From Chloroflexota bacterium (GTDB lineage: Bacteria; Chloroflexota; Limnocylindria; Limnocylindrales; CSP1-4), in NCBI GenBank assembly GCA_040905225.1, contig JBBDRY010000126.1, positions 18,279-67,853 on the forward strand: DNA of 49,575 nt, read 5' to 3'. Positions 28,436-37,513 of this stretch are shown piece by piece (position 1 is the first letter of the stretch; each line of letters begins with the position of its first letter). The notes under the pieces were generated by a model. It was not told where the DNA came from. It was given only the letters and a program-made list of their open reading frames with translations, and made no database searches. The position numbers and the translations under genes are program-made.

Positions 28436-28629
28436 GGCGTGTTTGCTCCGAAGCCGTCGCCGGCGCGTGCCGATGGGTGCTCTTCGTCCTGCTCGATCAA
28501 GTGCCAACCCCCGGTGGCGTCCAGGCCAGGCCAATCGGCGCGTGCGATGTCCGTCGGCCGCCGCTCGCGGATCTCGTGCTGACGCCGCCCGTAGTTGCGC
28601 CGCCGAGACGAGCTGTGACGCCGGCTCAC
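28432..28629 (-). CDS. Hypothetical 65-aa protein (MSRRHSSSRRRNYGRRQHEIRERR...)
   Basis: GTG overlaps the rsmH TGA, its TGA overlaps the ftsL GTG, and AGGAGG lies upstream. Confidence 0.65.
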   Translation of the reverse strand: MSRRHSSSRRRNYGRRQHEIRERRPTDIARADWPGLDATGGWHLIEQDEEHPSARAGDGFGANTP

Positions 28630-29570
28630 GCCGCGAGCCTCCTGGCCGCGCGCAGCAGGGCGCTGCGCGACCTGGGGTTGCGCTCGATCTCCTCGGCGGT
28701 CGGGCGCCGCGGCTGTGGACCAACCAGGGCGAGGCGCGGCGAACGACCGCAGACGCACACCGGAAGCTCCGGCGGACAGGTGCAGCCACGGCGCTCGGCA
28801 GCGATGAAACGCTTGACTATTCGGTCTTCAAGCGAGTGGTAGCTGATGACTGCAAGGCGGCCGCCCTCGCCCAGCACGTTGACGGCCGCCTCGAGTGCCT
28901 TGGGGAGTGTCTCGAGCTCGCGGTTGACCGCGATCCGTAGTGCCTGGAAAACGCGCGTCGCCGGATGGACGCGGCGGCGGCCGCGCAACGGGGCGGGCGC
29001 GGCTCTGGCCACGATGTCCGCGAGCTGTATGCCCGTTTCGATGGGCTCGTAGTCGCGCGCGGCGACGATCGCCCGTGCAATGCGACGGGCGCGCGGCTCC
29101 TCGCCATACTGCCTGAAAAGAGTCGTCAGTTGTTGTTCGTCCAGCTCCGCGATCAGGCTGCTGGCCGGCACTCCGCGGCTGGTGTCGAAGCGCATGTCGA
29201 GCGGCCCTTCCGCGCGGAAGCTGAAGGCGCGGTCGGCGTCGGCCAGCTGGTTCGAGCTGAGGCCAAGGTCGAACAGGACGCCGTCGGCGGGCACGAAACC
29301 CGTTTCTGCAGCCGCGTCGGCGAGGTTCTCGAAGTTCGTCTGGCGCAGGGTGACCCGCTCGCCAAATCGCTCGAGTCGCTTCGCGGACGTGGCGATGGCC
29401 GCCCGATCAGCATCAAGGCCGAGCAGGCGGCCATCAGGGTTACTGGCCTCCAGGACTCGCACGGAGTGCCCTCCGCCACCGACGGTTGCATCTATCTGGA
29501 AGCTGCCCGGAGCGGGTGCAAGAGACTCCAAAACCTCTTCCACCATCACGGGTAGGTGCCCTTCCTTCAT
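28626..29570 (-). CDS. rsmH: 16S rRNA m4C1402 methyltransferase
   Basis: HLPVMVEEV, DATVGGGGHS, DLGLSSNQL, PLDMRFD, HPATRVFQALRIAVN, SYHSLEDRIVK. Alternative ATG at 29615. Confidence 0.96.
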   Translation of the reverse strand: MKEGHLPVMVEEVLESLAPAPGSFQIDATVGGGGHSVRVLEASNPDGRLLGLDADRAAIATSAKRLERFGERVTLRQTNFENLADAAAETGFVPADGVLFDLGLSSNQLADADRAFSFRAEGPLDMRFDTSRGVPASSLIAELDEQQLTTLFRQYGEEPRARRIARAIVAARDYEPIETGIQLADIVARAAPAPLRGRRRVHPATRVFQALRIAVNRELETLPKALEAAVNVLGEGGRLAVISYHSLEDRIVKRFIAAERRGCTCPPELPVCVCGRSPRLALVGPQPRRPTAEEIERNPRSRSALLRAARRLAA

Positions 29571-29623
29571 TTCCACTGCCGTCGGTAACGGTCCTTGCGT
29601 GCCCTGGAGGCTCATTTGGTGCG

Positions 29624-30052
29624 CTAGATGCCCAGGTCGGTGATTCGCGCAGCGAGCGCATCGGCCGAGTTCATCTCGGCGCTGTAGGCAGCCCATTTGC
29701 CGGGCTCCCACAGCTCGATGTGATCGCGCGAGCCAACCACCATCGCTTCGCTCGTCAGGCTTGCGAAATCGCGCAGGGCCGTGGGGAGGACCAAGCGGCC
29801 CTGCGCGTCGAGGAGGAACTCGAACGCCCCCGAGAAGACGAAACGCGAAAAGACACGGGCTCCAGCGTCGGAGACGGGCAGCTCGGCCACACGGTTGGCG
29901 AACCTGTCCCACTCCGCTCGCGGGAAGATTGCGAGGCAGGAGTCGATCCAGCGGCTAACGAATGCTCCCGCCGCGAGCTCGGCCCGAAATCGCGCAGGGA
30001 CGGCCACCCGCCCCTTGGCGTCGATCGCATGGCGGTACTCGCCGGTGAACAC
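29624..30052 (-). CDS. mraZ: Transcriptional regulator MraZ
   Basis: FTGEYRHAIDAKGRVAVPARFR, LDAQGRL, DHIELW. Confidence 0.96.
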   Translation of the reverse strand: MFTGEYRHAIDAKGRVAVPARFRAELAAGAFVSRWIDSCLAIFPRAEWDRFANRVAELPVSDAGARVFSRFVFSGAFEFLLDAQGRLVLPTALRDFASLTSEAMVVGSRDHIELWEPGKWAAYSAEMNSADALAARITDLGI

Positions 30053-30144
30053 ACCTCTACCTCTGGTTCGCCCACTGCCCCGACTAACAGACGGCGGTCG
30101 CGTTCACCACCGGAGGCTGTGTTTGCCACCCGGTCGCGAGACCC

Positions 30145-30186
30145 TTCCACCCTCTCTCCCCACTTTGATCCACTTTGGACCACTTC
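30145..30186 (-). promoter_or_regulatory. MraZ-binding direct repeats
   Basis: Minus strand AAGTGGTCC AAAGTGGATC AAAGTGGGGAG...GGGTGGAAG; three GTGG cores at a 10-nt period plus a fourth 13 nt further on. Confidence 0.8.
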
Positions 30187-30191
30187 GGCGC

Positions 30192-30219
30192 ATCATAGAG
30201 GTAGATTCAGGGCCGTCAA
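30192..30219 (-). promoter_or_regulatory. dcw (mraZ) promoter
   Basis: TTGACG, 16-nt spacer, TATGAT on the minus strand, directly upstream of the GTGG repeats. Confidence 0.65.
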
Positions 30220-30268
30220 GCCCCAATTCGCACGACGCTCCCCACCGAGACGCGGTGGGCGCGGGAGA

Positions 30269-30422
30269 TTCGTGCTTGAGCCGATACCACCGAACGGCGA
30301 TTCGGCATGGTTGTATCGGCACGAACACCGGCCCGGCGCGAATCGGCCCGGAAGTGCCGGCTCGGATACCAACGCGCGGCCGTGGAGGCCTGCGTCGGTC
30401 AGATCTCGTCGAGTGGTATCCG
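30269..30422. repeat. Pair of related inverted repeats (REP-like)
   Basis: GCCGATAC (30280-30287)/GTATCGGC (30313-30320) and CGGATACCA (30363-30371)/TGGTATCCG (30414-30422); shared GATAC core. Confidence 0.55.
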
Positions 30423-30584
30423 CCCGGACACACCGCGCCGTATAGATGCGCGTGGCGCATCTCCCGGCGGCCTAGGTCAGCGCGGCGAACACCCACAAGC
30501 CGAGCACGACACCCAGCACAACCGCGACAACGGTTAACACCGCTACCCAGCGTGGAGGGCGATTCGATGGCTCCCCGAACGTGC

Positions 30585-31311
30585 TCACGTGGCCCGACCC
30601 TCCGCCAGCAGAGCGCGCTTGGCCTGCTCGAACTCGGACGAGGTCAGGTCGCCTGACTGACGTAGCGCAGCCAGACGGTCGAGCCTGGACACCAGGTCAG
30701 CCGAGGGCTCGTCTTGCCCCTCCGCCGCCTTCTGGCCCAACAACTCCGACATGACGGTCGCCATCGCGGCCCTCTCGGCATCCATAACAGGCGACGGTCG
30801 CGGCCGAGGGGCCAGTCCGGTTGACAGTCGCGCCCTGGCGTCGCCAACGCGTCCGGAATTCGACAGGGGCAGCAGCGCAATCAGCGGCACGCCGCCCATC
30901 AGCACGAACAGCACACCCGGGATCAACCAGCCCCACACGATGCCCTCACCCGGCGGTGGATTGAGCGCGTACTCGACGAAGTTCCAGCCGAGACTCAGGA
31001 AAAGTGCGGGCCACGCAAGCAGCACCAGCGCTCCGTACGGTTCGCCGACGATCGAGCCCTTCCAGGCCATCAACCCACCGAACCCGAACAGCCCGAAAAT
31101 CCCGCCAATCAGCACCAGCGGCACGCCTTCTGGGCAATGGGTCTCGATGACGTATGGACCGCCCTCGGCACAGAACCCGCCGACGTCCATGACGGCTCGC
31201 ATCGCAAGGAACACCAGGGTGAGACACATCGCCAGGCCGGCCACTCCGACGGCGTAAAGGGCGAGATCTGACAGGCCGAAACGCGGGGCGCCCGCCGAAC
31301 ACGTAGCTCAT
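30585..31311 (-). CDS. Four-TM membrane protein with C-terminal SHOCT domain; apparent +1 frameshift near the 5' end
   Basis: LDRLAALRQSGDLTSSEFEQAKRALL (SHOCT) and a GGFCAEGGPYVIETHCPEG loop. The uninterrupted ORF is 30585-31244; ATG 31311 is one base out of frame. Confidence 0.75.
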
Positions 31312-31414
31312 TGCCGGCGATGGTAGCGACGCATGCGAACGCCACGAGTGGGTCGTCCGCCGTAGTACTGCTGGTTGCCTTGTCGCAACACAGGGCTGCC
31401 TCTACGGTCCCGCA

Positions 31415-31663
31415 ATGTCGATCATGCAGCGGCCGTTTGTCTCCACGCCTCCGCGCGCGCCCGAAGCTGCGGCGACGCCACTCCGCCGATGCACATTCCG
31501 CAAGGTCACCTCGATCGCCCGCCCACGCGAGCTGCCGATGTACGAGGTCGCGTGCACGTTCCCGGACAGGCGCAGGGCCATACCGTTGGGTGACGTGGAG
31601 TCAGCACGGCCGATCTGCGACTCGTGCACTTACCAGGGGATCTTCCGCCCCGACTCCGACTGA
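31415..31663 (+). CDS. Hypothetical 82-aa protein with four Cys (possible metal binding)
   Basis: RRCTFR...VACTFP...ICDSCT; TACGGT -10-like hexamer 6 nt before ATG; fills the gap before rnpB. Confidence 0.65.
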   Translation: MSIMQRPFVSTPPRAPEAAATPLRRCTFRKVTSIARPRELPMYEVACTFPDRRRAIPLGDVESARPICDSCTYQGIFRPDSD

Positions 31664-31698
31664 GCGGCGACTCTCCCAGACAAGCGCAGGCAGACCAA

Positions 31699-32058
31699 AG
31701 CCAGCGAGACGGTCTGTAAGCCGAGTTCTGTCCCGCACCTTGCAGCGCGGGGACGGTCATCCATCTACGACGGCGGTTGCCCGACGTCTCTAGCGGCCGA
31801 CCCGAGAGCGAAGCGACGCACTCCCGCCGGACTAAAAGTCCGACTGCTCTCCTATTTGGCCTTGCTCCGGGTAGAGTTTGCCCGTTTCACCCAGCCCAAC
31901 CGGTTGCCCGGTCTGCCGGCTCGTCTCTGTGGCACTGGTCCTCGCCTCTCGGCGGACGGGAGTTACCCGCTACCCTGCGTCGCGGAGCTCGGACTTTCCT
32001 CGTATCGGTAACGGGTTTCCCCGACGGGATACGCGACCATCCGACCATCTCGCTGGCT
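31699..32058 (-). ncRNA. rnpB: RNase P RNA (type A)
   Basis: Minus strand GAGGAAAGTCCGAGCTCC and ACAGAACTCGGCTTACAG (P4 halves); terminal P1 helix GCCAGCGAGATGGTC/GACCGTCTCGCTGGC; TAGAAT -10 at 32069-32064. Confidence 0.96.
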
Positions 32059-32101
32059 CCCTAATTCTAACTTCCGGATCCCAGCCTGACCAGCCCCTTT
32101 T

Positions 32102-32115
32102 CGAACATTTGTTCA
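32102..32115. promoter_or_regulatory. Putative LexA (SOS) box
   Basis: CGAAC-ATTT-GTTCA matches GAAC-N4-GTTC. Confidence 0.6.
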
Positions 32116-32141
32116 ACAAGCCGCGAGTATGCTGCGTCGCA

Positions 32142-32690
32142 ATGAGGACCGCCCGCCTGACACTGTGGCTCGCCACGGCGGCAATCGCCACGGCATGCAT
32201 GACCGTCGTGCGGCCTCAGGAGCCCGTGTTCGCGGCTCCCGTCGCAACCCCGGTCACCGCCACGCTCCCGGCAGACGATTCCGCCGACCCGTCGCTAGGC
32301 CCACTCTGTCTGTCGGGCCAGGTATCGGTCGGACTTGTCTCGGCCGTAGCGAGGCCCGTTGGCGGTCAGATCGACCTGCTGTTCACCAACCGCTCGGACG
32401 TTGCGTGTCTCCTGGCAAGTGACCTTCCCGTGGCCCTCATCGATGCGAACGGCACTTTCCTGCTCGACTCTGGTCGACCGCCCGAGATCTTCGGAGGCAC
32501 CCTCATTGAGCCGGGTGGGACGAGCGGACGCACTGTTTTCTGGGACAACTGGTGCCGTGCCATGCCTCCTCCATTCACGCTGGTCGTCGGTCACGGACAC
32601 ACCGTTTTCGGCCGCGTCCCGATCGCCGCGGATGCTGTCGCCCCTTGCGTCGACGCGAACGAGCCTCCGCGTCTTCAGCACGCCCTCTAG
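32142..32690 (+). CDS. Secreted lipoprotein (DUF4232-like)
   Basis: Signal peptide/lipobox IATAC, LLFTNRSDVACLL, VFWDNWC; TATGCT -10 8 nt before ATG. Confidence 0.65.
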   Translation: MRTARLTLWLATAAIATACMTVVRPQEPVFAAPVATPVTATLPADDSADPSLGPLCLSGQVSVGLVSAVARPVGGQIDLLFTNRSDVACLLASDLPVALIDANGTFLLDSGRPPEIFGGTLIEPGGTSGRTVFWDNWCRAMPPPFTLVVGHGHTVFGRVPIAADAVAPCVDANEPPRLQHAL

Positions 32691-32705
32691 GGATCGGGCG
32701 TTGAT

Positions 32706-33164
32706 CTACCCCGCGAGTTCGGCGGTGCGCGCCGCGGCGGGGTCGTCCAGCGCCAGATTGGCGAGGGCGTCGGCGGCCACGTTTGATTTGCGGCGTTCAT
32801 GCCGAACCGACCAACGCTCGAAACCAGAGAGAAGCGCCTTGACCTGAGCGAAGAGCGGCTTGATGCCGGGGTGCTTCACCTTCCAGCGGCCCGAGAGCTG
32901 TTCGACGATGAGCAGCGAATCGAGGATCAGTTCGACCTCGACGGCGCCGAGCGCGCGGGCCTTCTCCAGCGCAAGGATCACCGCCGTGTACTCGGCGTAG
33001 TTGTTGGTCTGGATGCCCAGTGGCCGGGAGACGACCGCCAGCGGCGGGGCATCGGGCCGATACGCGTCGGGGATCGAGGCATCGATGATCACAGCGCCAG
33101 CCGACGCCGGGCCGGGATTGCCACGCGCTGCACCATCTGCGCGTATGACGACGCGCTCGATCAG
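32706..33164 (-). CDS. rnhA: Ribonuclease HI family protein
   Basis: ADGAARGNPGPAS (upstream of the ORF-track start), TNNYAEY, DSLLIVEQLSGRWKVK, NVAADALAN. CTG start overlapping the sdhB TGA. Confidence 0.9.
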   Translation of the reverse strand: MIERVVIRADGAARGNPGPASAGAVIIDASIPDAYRPDAPPLAVVSRPLGIQTNNYAEYTAVILALEKARALGAVEVELILDSLLIVEQLSGRWKVKHPGIKPLFAQVKALLSGFERWSVRHERRKSNVAADALANLALDDPAAARTAELAG

Positions 33165-33859
33165 GCCGGCCTATCCACGATCGCGCTCGACACCTCGAGG
33201 ATCGCCTGGGTGATGTTGATGCCGCGCGGGCAGGCGTCGACGCAGTTGAAGATCGTGCGGCAACGCCAGACACCGTCCTCATCGGCCAGGATCTCCAACC
33301 GTTCGTGTGCCGCGTCGTCGCGCGAATCGAAGATGAAGCGATGAGCGTTGACGATCGCGGCCGGCCCGACGTATGACGGCTGTGCCCAGAACGACGGGCA
33401 CGAGGACGTGCAGGCCGCGCACAGGATGCACTTGGTCGTGTCGTCGTAGCGCTCGCGGTCCTCGGCGGACTGGAGTCGTTCGCGCTGCGGCGGCGCGTCG
33501 TTGGTGACCAGGAACGGCATCACGCTGCGGTACTTCGCGAAGAAGTCGTCCATGTCGACGACCAGATCCTTGATGACGGGCATGCCCGGCAGCGGCGCGA
33601 CGGAGATCTTGCGGCCGAGCTGATCGACGCGGATCTTGCACGCCAGGCGGTTTCGGCCGTTGATCATCATGGCGTCAGAGCCACACACGCCGTGAGCGCA
33701 CGACCGGCGGAACGTCAGGCTGCCGTCAACCTCCCACTTGACGCGGTGGAGCAGGTCGAGCACGCGGTCCATCGGCTCGGACTCGACCGAGTAGCGATCC
33801 CAGTGCGGCTTCTTGTCCCGCTCGGGGTCGTAGCGCAGGACGCGCAGGTCGACTTGCAT
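33161..33859 (-). CDS. sdhB: Succinate dehydrogenase iron-sulfur subunit
   Basis: RRSCAHGVCGSD, CILCAACTSSCP, CRTIFNCVDACP. Confidence 0.96.
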   Translation of the reverse strand: MQVDLRVLRYDPERDKKPHWDRYSVESEPMDRVLDLLHRVKWEVDGSLTFRRSCAHGVCGSDAMMINGRNRLACKIRVDQLGRKISVAPLPGMPVIKDLVVDMDDFFAKYRSVMPFLVTNDAPPQRERLQSAEDRERYDDTTKCILCAACTSSCPSFWAQPSYVGPAAIVNAHRFIFDSRDDAAHERLEILADEDGVWRCRTIFNCVDACPRGINITQAILEVSSAIVDRPA

Positions 33860-33864
33860 CGGTA

Positions 33865-35619
33865 TCAGTATGTCCGCGGCTTCGGTTCGAAGCGCGTGAT
33901 GGTCACCGGCTTGTAGCGGATGTCGGGACCGCCCTCGGCGCGGTAGGCCAGCGAATGGACCAGCCAGTCGGTGTCGTTGCGCTCCGGGAAATCCTCGCGG
34001 AAGTGCGCCCCGCGGCTCTCCTGGCGGGCCAGCGCCGCGGCCACGGTCGCCTCGGCACAATCGAGCAGGTAGCCCACCTCGCGCGCCTCGAGCAGGTCCG
34101 TGTTGAACACCCTGCCGCGGTCGTTGACGCGGACGTTCGCGAATCGACCCTGGAGATCGCGCAGCTCCAGCGTCAGCTGGGCGAGGCCTACCTGCGTCCG
34201 AAAGACTCCAGCGCGATCCATCATCTTCTCGGCCAGCTCGACGCGGATCTTGTGCGCGTTCTCGCCCCGCGGGCGCGTGCGCATCCGCTCCAGCTCGGCC
34301 TGGACCGGCTCATGGGCATCGGCCGGCAAGTCGGGCAGCTCTCCGCCGCCAGCCAGGTCTGCGGCGATCGAAAGGCCCGCGCGGCGTCCGAACACGAGGA
34401 TGTCGACGAGCGAGTTCGTCCCCAGCCTGTTGGCGCCATGGACGCTCACGCAGGCACACTCCCCTGCCGCGTACAGGCCGGGCACAACCGTGTTCTTCTC
34501 GTCGCCGACGACACGTGCCTCGACGTTGGTCGGGATGCCACCCATCGCGTAGTGCGCAGTGGGTGTCACGGGGACCGGCTGGGTGATGGGCTCGACCCCC
34601 TGGTAGACGCGGGCGAACTCGGTGATGTCGGGCAGCTTGTTATCGATCACCTCGCGGCCGAGGTGGGTCAGGTCCAGGTGTACGAAGTCCTTGCCGTCGA
34701 TCCCGCGACCCTCACGGATCTCGCTGTAGATCGCCCGGCTGATCACGTCGCGAGGTGCGAGCTCCATCAGCGTCGGCGCGTAGCGCTCCATGAACCGTTC
34801 GCCCTCGCCGTTGCGCAGATAGCCACCCTCACCGCGGGCTGCCTCGGACAGCAGGATGCCGATGCCGACGATCCCCGTGGGGTGGAACTGATAGAACTCC
34901 ATGTCCTGTGCGGGCACGCCGCGTCGGTACGTAAGCGCGACTCCGTCACCGGTCAGCGCGAAAGCGTTGGACGTGATCTTGAACATCCGTCCGAAGCCGC
35001 CCGTTGCGAACATGACCGCGTTGGACCGAAAGACGTGCAATTCGCCGTCTGCGATGCGGTACGCCACTACCCCCCGCGTCTCACCTCCGGGACCCTCGTC
35101 GCGCAGCAGGTCGACGACGTGGTACTCGTCGAAGAACTCGACGCCGTGCTTGATGCACTGCTGGTACAGCGTCTGGAGGATCATGTGGCCGGTTCGGTCG
35201 GCCGCGAAGCACGCCCTCCGGACAGGAGCCTCGCCGAAGTTGCGCGTGTGCCCGCCGAAGCGGCGCTGGTCGATCTTGCCGTCGGGCGTTCGGTTGAACG
35301 GCAGGCCCATGTGCTCGAGCTCGATGACCGTCTCGATCGCCTCGCGGGTCAGGATGTCGGCCGCGTCCTGGTCGACCAGGTAGTCGCCACCCTTGACGGT
35401 GTCGTACATGTGCCACTCGGGGTTGTCTTCCTCGAGGTTCCCCAAGGCCGCGCAGATGCCCCCCTGGGCAGCGCCCGTGTGGGAACGGGTCGGGTACAGC
35501 TTCGTCAGGACGGCGGTCTTGACGTTGTTGCGCGCCAGCTCGAGTGCCGCCCAGAGGCCCGCGCCGCCGGCACCGACGATGACGGCCGGGTAGTCGTGAA
35601 CGGTCGGCTTGGGCGTCAC
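33865..35619 (-). CDS. sdhA: Succinate dehydrogenase flavoprotein subunit
   Basis: [17 protein letters not shown] (FAD His), [23 protein letters not shown]. Confidence 0.97.
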   Translation of the reverse strand: MTPKPTVHDYPAVIVGAGGAGLWAALELARNNVKTAVLTKLYPTRSHTGAAQGGICAALGNLEEDNPEWHMYDTVKGGDYLVDQDAADILTREAIETVIELEHMGLPFNRTPDGKIDQRRFGGHTRNFGEAPVRRACFAADRTGHMILQTLYQQCIKHGVEFFDEYHVVDLLRDEGPGGETRGVVAYRIADGELHVFRSNAVMFATGGFGRMFKITSNAFALTGDGVALTYRRGVPAQDMEFYQFHPTGIVGIGILLSEAARGEGGYLRNGEGERFMERYAPTLMELAPRDVISRAIYSEIREGRGIDGKDFVHLDLTHLGREVIDNKLPDITEFARVYQGVEPITQPVPVTPTAHYAMGGIPTNVEARVVGDEKNTVVPGLYAAGECACVSVHGANRLGTNSLVDILVFGRRAGLSIAADLAGGGELPDLPADAHEPVQAELERMRTRPRGENAHKIRVELAEKMMDRAGVFRTQVGLAQLTLELRDLQGRFANVRVNDRGRVFNTDLLEAREVGYLLDCAEATVAAALARQESRGAHFREDFPERNDTDWLVHSLAYRAEGGPDIRYKPVTITRFEPKPRTY

Positions 35620-35632
35620 CTGAGCGACGCCA

Positions 35633-36064
35633 CTACGCCCCGCGCATGGGCAGCGTGAGGATGACCTGCGTCCCGATGACGAACAACAGCAGCGCGAGCG
35701 TGTAGAGCATGATCAACGTGAACTCGCGCAGTCGCGGGCGTCGGACGTAGTCCATGACCACTGTTCGCATCCCGATGAAGCCATGGAACAGGACGGTCAT
35801 CAGCAGCAACCAGTCGAAGCCGCGCCAGAAGATCTGGTTCCAGCGTTCGGCGGCGATGAAGTCCGCGGTCTGCACGGCCGGGTCCCAGATGAAGTGCAGG
35901 ATGCTGAAGTGGGCCAGTGCCAGGACGAAGAGGGCCACGCCCGTGACGCGCATGAGGTACCAGGCGAAGAGCTCGCGGCGCGAGCCGGTGGGTCGCATCC
36001 GGGCGCGGCTGATCCGCGAAACCTCGACGGCCGGCGGCTGAGTTGGCGTTACTTCGCGGGTCAC
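35633..36064 (-). CDS. sdhD: Succinate dehydrogenase hydrophobic anchor subunit
   Basis: WYLMRVTG, three TM helices, [13 protein letters not shown]; GTGA coupling to sdhC. Confidence 0.88.
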   Translation of the reverse strand: MTREVTPTQPPAVEVSRISRARMRPTGSRRELFAWYLMRVTGVALFVLALAHFSILHFIWDPAVQTADFIAAERWNQIFWRGFDWLLLMTVLFHGFIGMRTVVMDYVRRPRLREFTLIMLYTLALLLFVIGTQVILTLPMRGA

Positions 36065-36465
36065 GAGATCAACCCAAGCTGCTGAAGCAACGGCACCCAG
36101 ACCGGGCGCAGGATGACCAATGCCCCGGGCACGCCGAGGACGATGAAGATCACCCAGCATGCCCACCACAGGAATCGGTGGTGGACGGTCATGCGCGGCC
36201 AGAGGTCGATAATGATGATCCGCAGGCCGTTCAGCGCGTGGTACAGCAGCGCGGCTCCGAGCACGACCTCGAGTAGCCGGCCGGGGATGCTCGCGTAGAA
36301 CGTGAGGATCTCGTCGTAGAGCTTCGGATTGCCGCCCACGAGATAGATGTCGATCACATGCAGCACGACGAAGGCGAAGATGCCGACGCCACTGATCCGG
36401 TGGAACGCCCACGCGACCATCCCCTCACGGCCGCGGTAACGGAAGAGCAGCGGGATCCGACTCAC
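36061..36465 (-). CDS. sdhC: Succinate dehydrogenase cytochrome b556 subunit
   Basis: YRGREGMVAWAFHRISG, YHALNGLRIIIID. Confidence 0.92.
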   Translation of the reverse strand: MSRIPLLFRYRGREGMVAWAFHRISGVGIFAFVVLHVIDIYLVGGNPKLYDEILTFYASIPGRLLEVVLGAALLYHALNGLRIIIIDLWPRMTVHHRFLWWACWVIFIVLGVPGALVILRPVWVPLLQQLGLIS

Positions 36466-36490
36466 AAGCGCGCTACAGCTTCGGCTTCAA

Positions 36491-37513
36491 CTACGGAGCG
36501 ACGACGACGGCCGCTACGCGATCGGCCACCGCCGCCGCGAATGCTTTGGTGCCCGCCGTGCCACCGAGATCTGGCGGCAGCGTGCGGCCCTCGCCGATGA
36601 CCTCGCGGACAGATCTCTCGACCCGCTCCGCTGCATCTGTCTCGCCCAGGTGGCGCAGCATCAGCGCCCCGGACAGGATCAGCGCCGTCGGGTTGGCCAC
36701 GTCCTTGCCGGCGTACTTGGGCGCCGAGCCGTGGACCGGTTCGAAGACGGCGGCCGTCTCGCCGATGTTGGCCCCGGGCGCCACGCCCAGCCCCCCGACC
36801 AGCCCGGCAGCCAGGTCACTGACGATGTCGCCGTACAGGTTGGGTAGGACGAGGACGTCGTACAGCTCCGGCTTCTGGACGAGCTGCATGCACATATTGT
36901 CGACTATGCGGTCCTCGAATTCGATGCGGCCCTGGTACTCGGCCGCAATCGTTCGGCACGACTCCAGGAACAGGCCGTCCGTAAGCTTCATGATGTTCGC
37001 CTTGTGCACGGCGGTCACCTTGCGCCGGCGGTTGGCGACCGCGTACTCGAACGCAAACCGCGCGATCCGCTCGGACGCGGAGCGGGTGATGATCTTGATG
37101 CTCTCCGCCGCGTCCTTGCCGACGCGATGCTCGATCCCGGCGTAGAGGTCCTCGGTGTTCTCGCGCACGATGACCAGGTCAACATCTTCGTAGCGTGTCT
37201 CGATGCCCTTGATCGACTTCGCCGGCCGCAGATTGGCATAGAGGTCGAGCGCCTGCCGCAGGGTGACGTTGACGGAACGGAAGCCTTCGCCGATGGGCGT
37301 CGTGATGGGACCCTTCAGCGCGACGCGAGTCTCGCGGATCGAGTCGAGGACCGACTCAGGCAGCGGGGTGCCGTGTTCGGCGATCTGGGACTCCCCCGCT
37401 TCGACCCGCTTCCAGTCGAACGCAAGGCCGGTGGCGTCGAGGACGGTGACGGTGGCTTCGGTCAGTTCGGGCCCGATGCCATCGCCTGGGATGAGCGTGA
37501 CGGTGTAGGTCAA
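36491..37513 (-). CDS. icd: Isocitrate/isopropylmalate family dehydrogenase (probably NAD-dependent isocitrate dehydrogenase)
   Basis: [16 protein letters not shown]...[40 protein letters not shown]; TCA-cycle context. Confidence 0.88.
   Translation of the reverse strand: MTYTVTLIPGDGIGPELTEATVTVLDATGLAFDWKRVEAGESQIAEHGTPLPESVLDSIRETRVALKGPITTPIGEGFRSVNVTLRQALDLYANLRPAKSIKGIETRYEDVDLVIVRENTEDLYAGIEHRVGKDAAESIKIITRSASERIARFAFEYAVANRRRKVTAVHKANIMKLTDGLFLESCRTIAAEYQGRIEFEDRIVDNMCMQLVQKPELYDVLVLPNLYGDIVSDLAAGLVGGLGVAPGANIGETAAVFEPVHGSAPKYAGKDVANPTALILSGALMLRHLGETDAAERVERSVREVIGEGRTLPPDLGGTAGTKAFAAAVADRVAAVVVAP

Noticed and set aside
30145-30186. Short periodic repeats as a mini-CRISPR or iterons
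   Set aside because: Units are about 10 bp without spacers, and no cas or rep genes are present; better explained as MraZ sites.
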